A DNA stretch of 63,472 bases, the filler included, from Welwitschia mirabilis (Eukaryota): the NCBI GenBank assembly GCA_051453625.1. It is 6 parts of one record of this genome, joined end to end, with 100 filler letters (N's around TTAATTAATTAA, not from the genome) between each part and the next. Parts side by side here need not be neighbours in the genome. Positions count along the whole stretch, not along the records: positions 61,750 to 63,472 come from JBOZIK010000001.1; 5 more parts are not named here. One strand, given 5' to 3'. Position 1 is the first letter of the stretch. Each line of letters begins with the position of its first letter. Below the pieces are notes generated by a model. That model ran no database searches. It had not been told where the DNA came from and was given only the letters and a program-made list of their open reading frames with translations. The position numbers and the translations under genes are program-made. Below, piece after piece: positions 62,349 through 63,472 of the stretch.

Positions 62349-63472
62349 TGTTGCGGTGTGAATTTATGCAATCTTGAAGTCCTTAGATAAACCTATAAAT
62401 CATATAACTTGTAGAAAAACACCCGCTAGTATAGACGGGAGTTCACCCAAATGTCTTAATCCCAATGCAGGAACTAGGCTCAGAGTTAGAGAATTGATTT
62501 CTAAAAGTAGTTTTGGTATTTTATCTTTTACTNNNNNNNNNNNNNNNNNNNNNNNNNNNNNNNNNNNNNNNNNNNNNNNNNNNNNNNNNNNNNNNNNNNN
62601 NNNNNNNNNNNNNNNNNNNNNNNNNNNNNNNNTTATATGTCAGTGCCATCCTGGCTATCATCTAGATGATGAAGGGAATGACAACTCATCATAAAAGATG
62701 ACTCATCAAGCATGTCCGTAGTCGATTCAGTAGTCCATGTCAGCAACATAGCAGTGTCATCATCCTTCTTGTTGTGGAGATGATAGAGGGGATAACGATC
62801 TTCTTTGATCATTTTCTTAAGAATAAACTTAGCATTTTTGTTAGTAATACTTCTTCAAATCTTTGTGCATTAGAATGTGCTTTTAACACATAAAATCTAG
62901 GTAAGAAATGCATATTTCTGAGATTTCTTAATGTATCTCTAAAATCCTTAGGATTGCACCTAAACTTATGTAAAAGTCCTACAAAATAACTCATAAAACC
63001 ACATCAAATAACCAAAAATTGGTAGTGCAACATAGCCCTCTAATTAGCCTTTGTCCGTCCCTTACAAAAACTAGGCAAAAAACCTTAATTATGAGCTAAT
63101 TTATTTTTTGAAAGATAAATCTCAAAGTTATAAAATAGGCTCATAAAACACATCACATGGATAAATAACAAGTAATGCATAATATGTATGAAAATTTTAT
63201 TTCATAAAAGACTTGAATTAAGTTAAAAATTTTTGAAAATGAGCCATGAAAATGGGTCTTTATTCCTCCCACTCCCCTCCCTCCCTTCTCCCCTCCCCCC
63301 ATCCAAAACAAAAAGCAATATGTCTTGTATTGAAAAAATAAAGTAAAGAAAGTAGATGAGAGTGAGAAGGCAGGTAAAAGAGGACAAATTTATAAATGAA
63401 GTGCAAAGCTAAGTGATGTTATATTTGAAAAATATAGATCTATGAAATATTTTGACAAGTAAATAAAAATGT
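62349..63472 (-). mobile_element. Same-family element in the opposite orientation: 3' LTR 62349-63032, PPT, 3' internal region
   Basis: Element-sense AGGGACGGACAAAGGCTAATTAGAGGGCTA|TGTTGCACTACC ... TTGCATAAATTCACACCGCAACA; 63033-63425 is a reverse-complement homologue of 61750-62126. Confidence 0.85.

Overview
AT-rich, CpG-depleted eukaryotic DNA, almost certainly plant heterochromatin, from a gappy draft assembly. I see no intact host gene, rRNA, tRNA or CRISPR array. The window is a nest of old, decayed LTR retrotransposons. There are at least nine pieces of Athila-type Ty3/gypsy elements (gag, protease, RT with FMDD, RNase H, integrase, an extra 'env-like' ORF, tRNA-Asp-type PBS, PPT, TGTTG...CAACA LTRs). 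There are also several Sirevirus (SIRE/Maximus) Ty1/copia pieces (multiple PPTs, palindromic LTR repeats, extra ORF, gag) and probable Tekay-like LTR fragments. Five artificial N44-TTAATTAATTAA-N44 spacers split the window into six independent scaffolds (1-16582, 16683-30540, 30641-44679, 44780-55243, 55344-61649, 61750-end), so adjacency across them means nothing. The best candidates for new biology are: (1) a conserved, GC-rich, probably structured ~150-nt non-coding module plus an upstream hairpin, kept behind pol in five related Athila-type elements, including those that lost RT-RH-INT or the extra ORF; (2) a dispersed CG-rich palindrome (ancestral GTCGTCC/GGACGAC) that accompanies the extra ORF, mirrored by a similar ORF-plus-palindrome pairing in the Sireviruses; (3) a non-autonomous gag-protease-extra-ORF element; (4) an LTR flanked by both PPT and PBS; (5) a long inverted repeat made by self-nesting. 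All alignments and translations were done by eye, so boundaries are approximate unless a motif is quoted.
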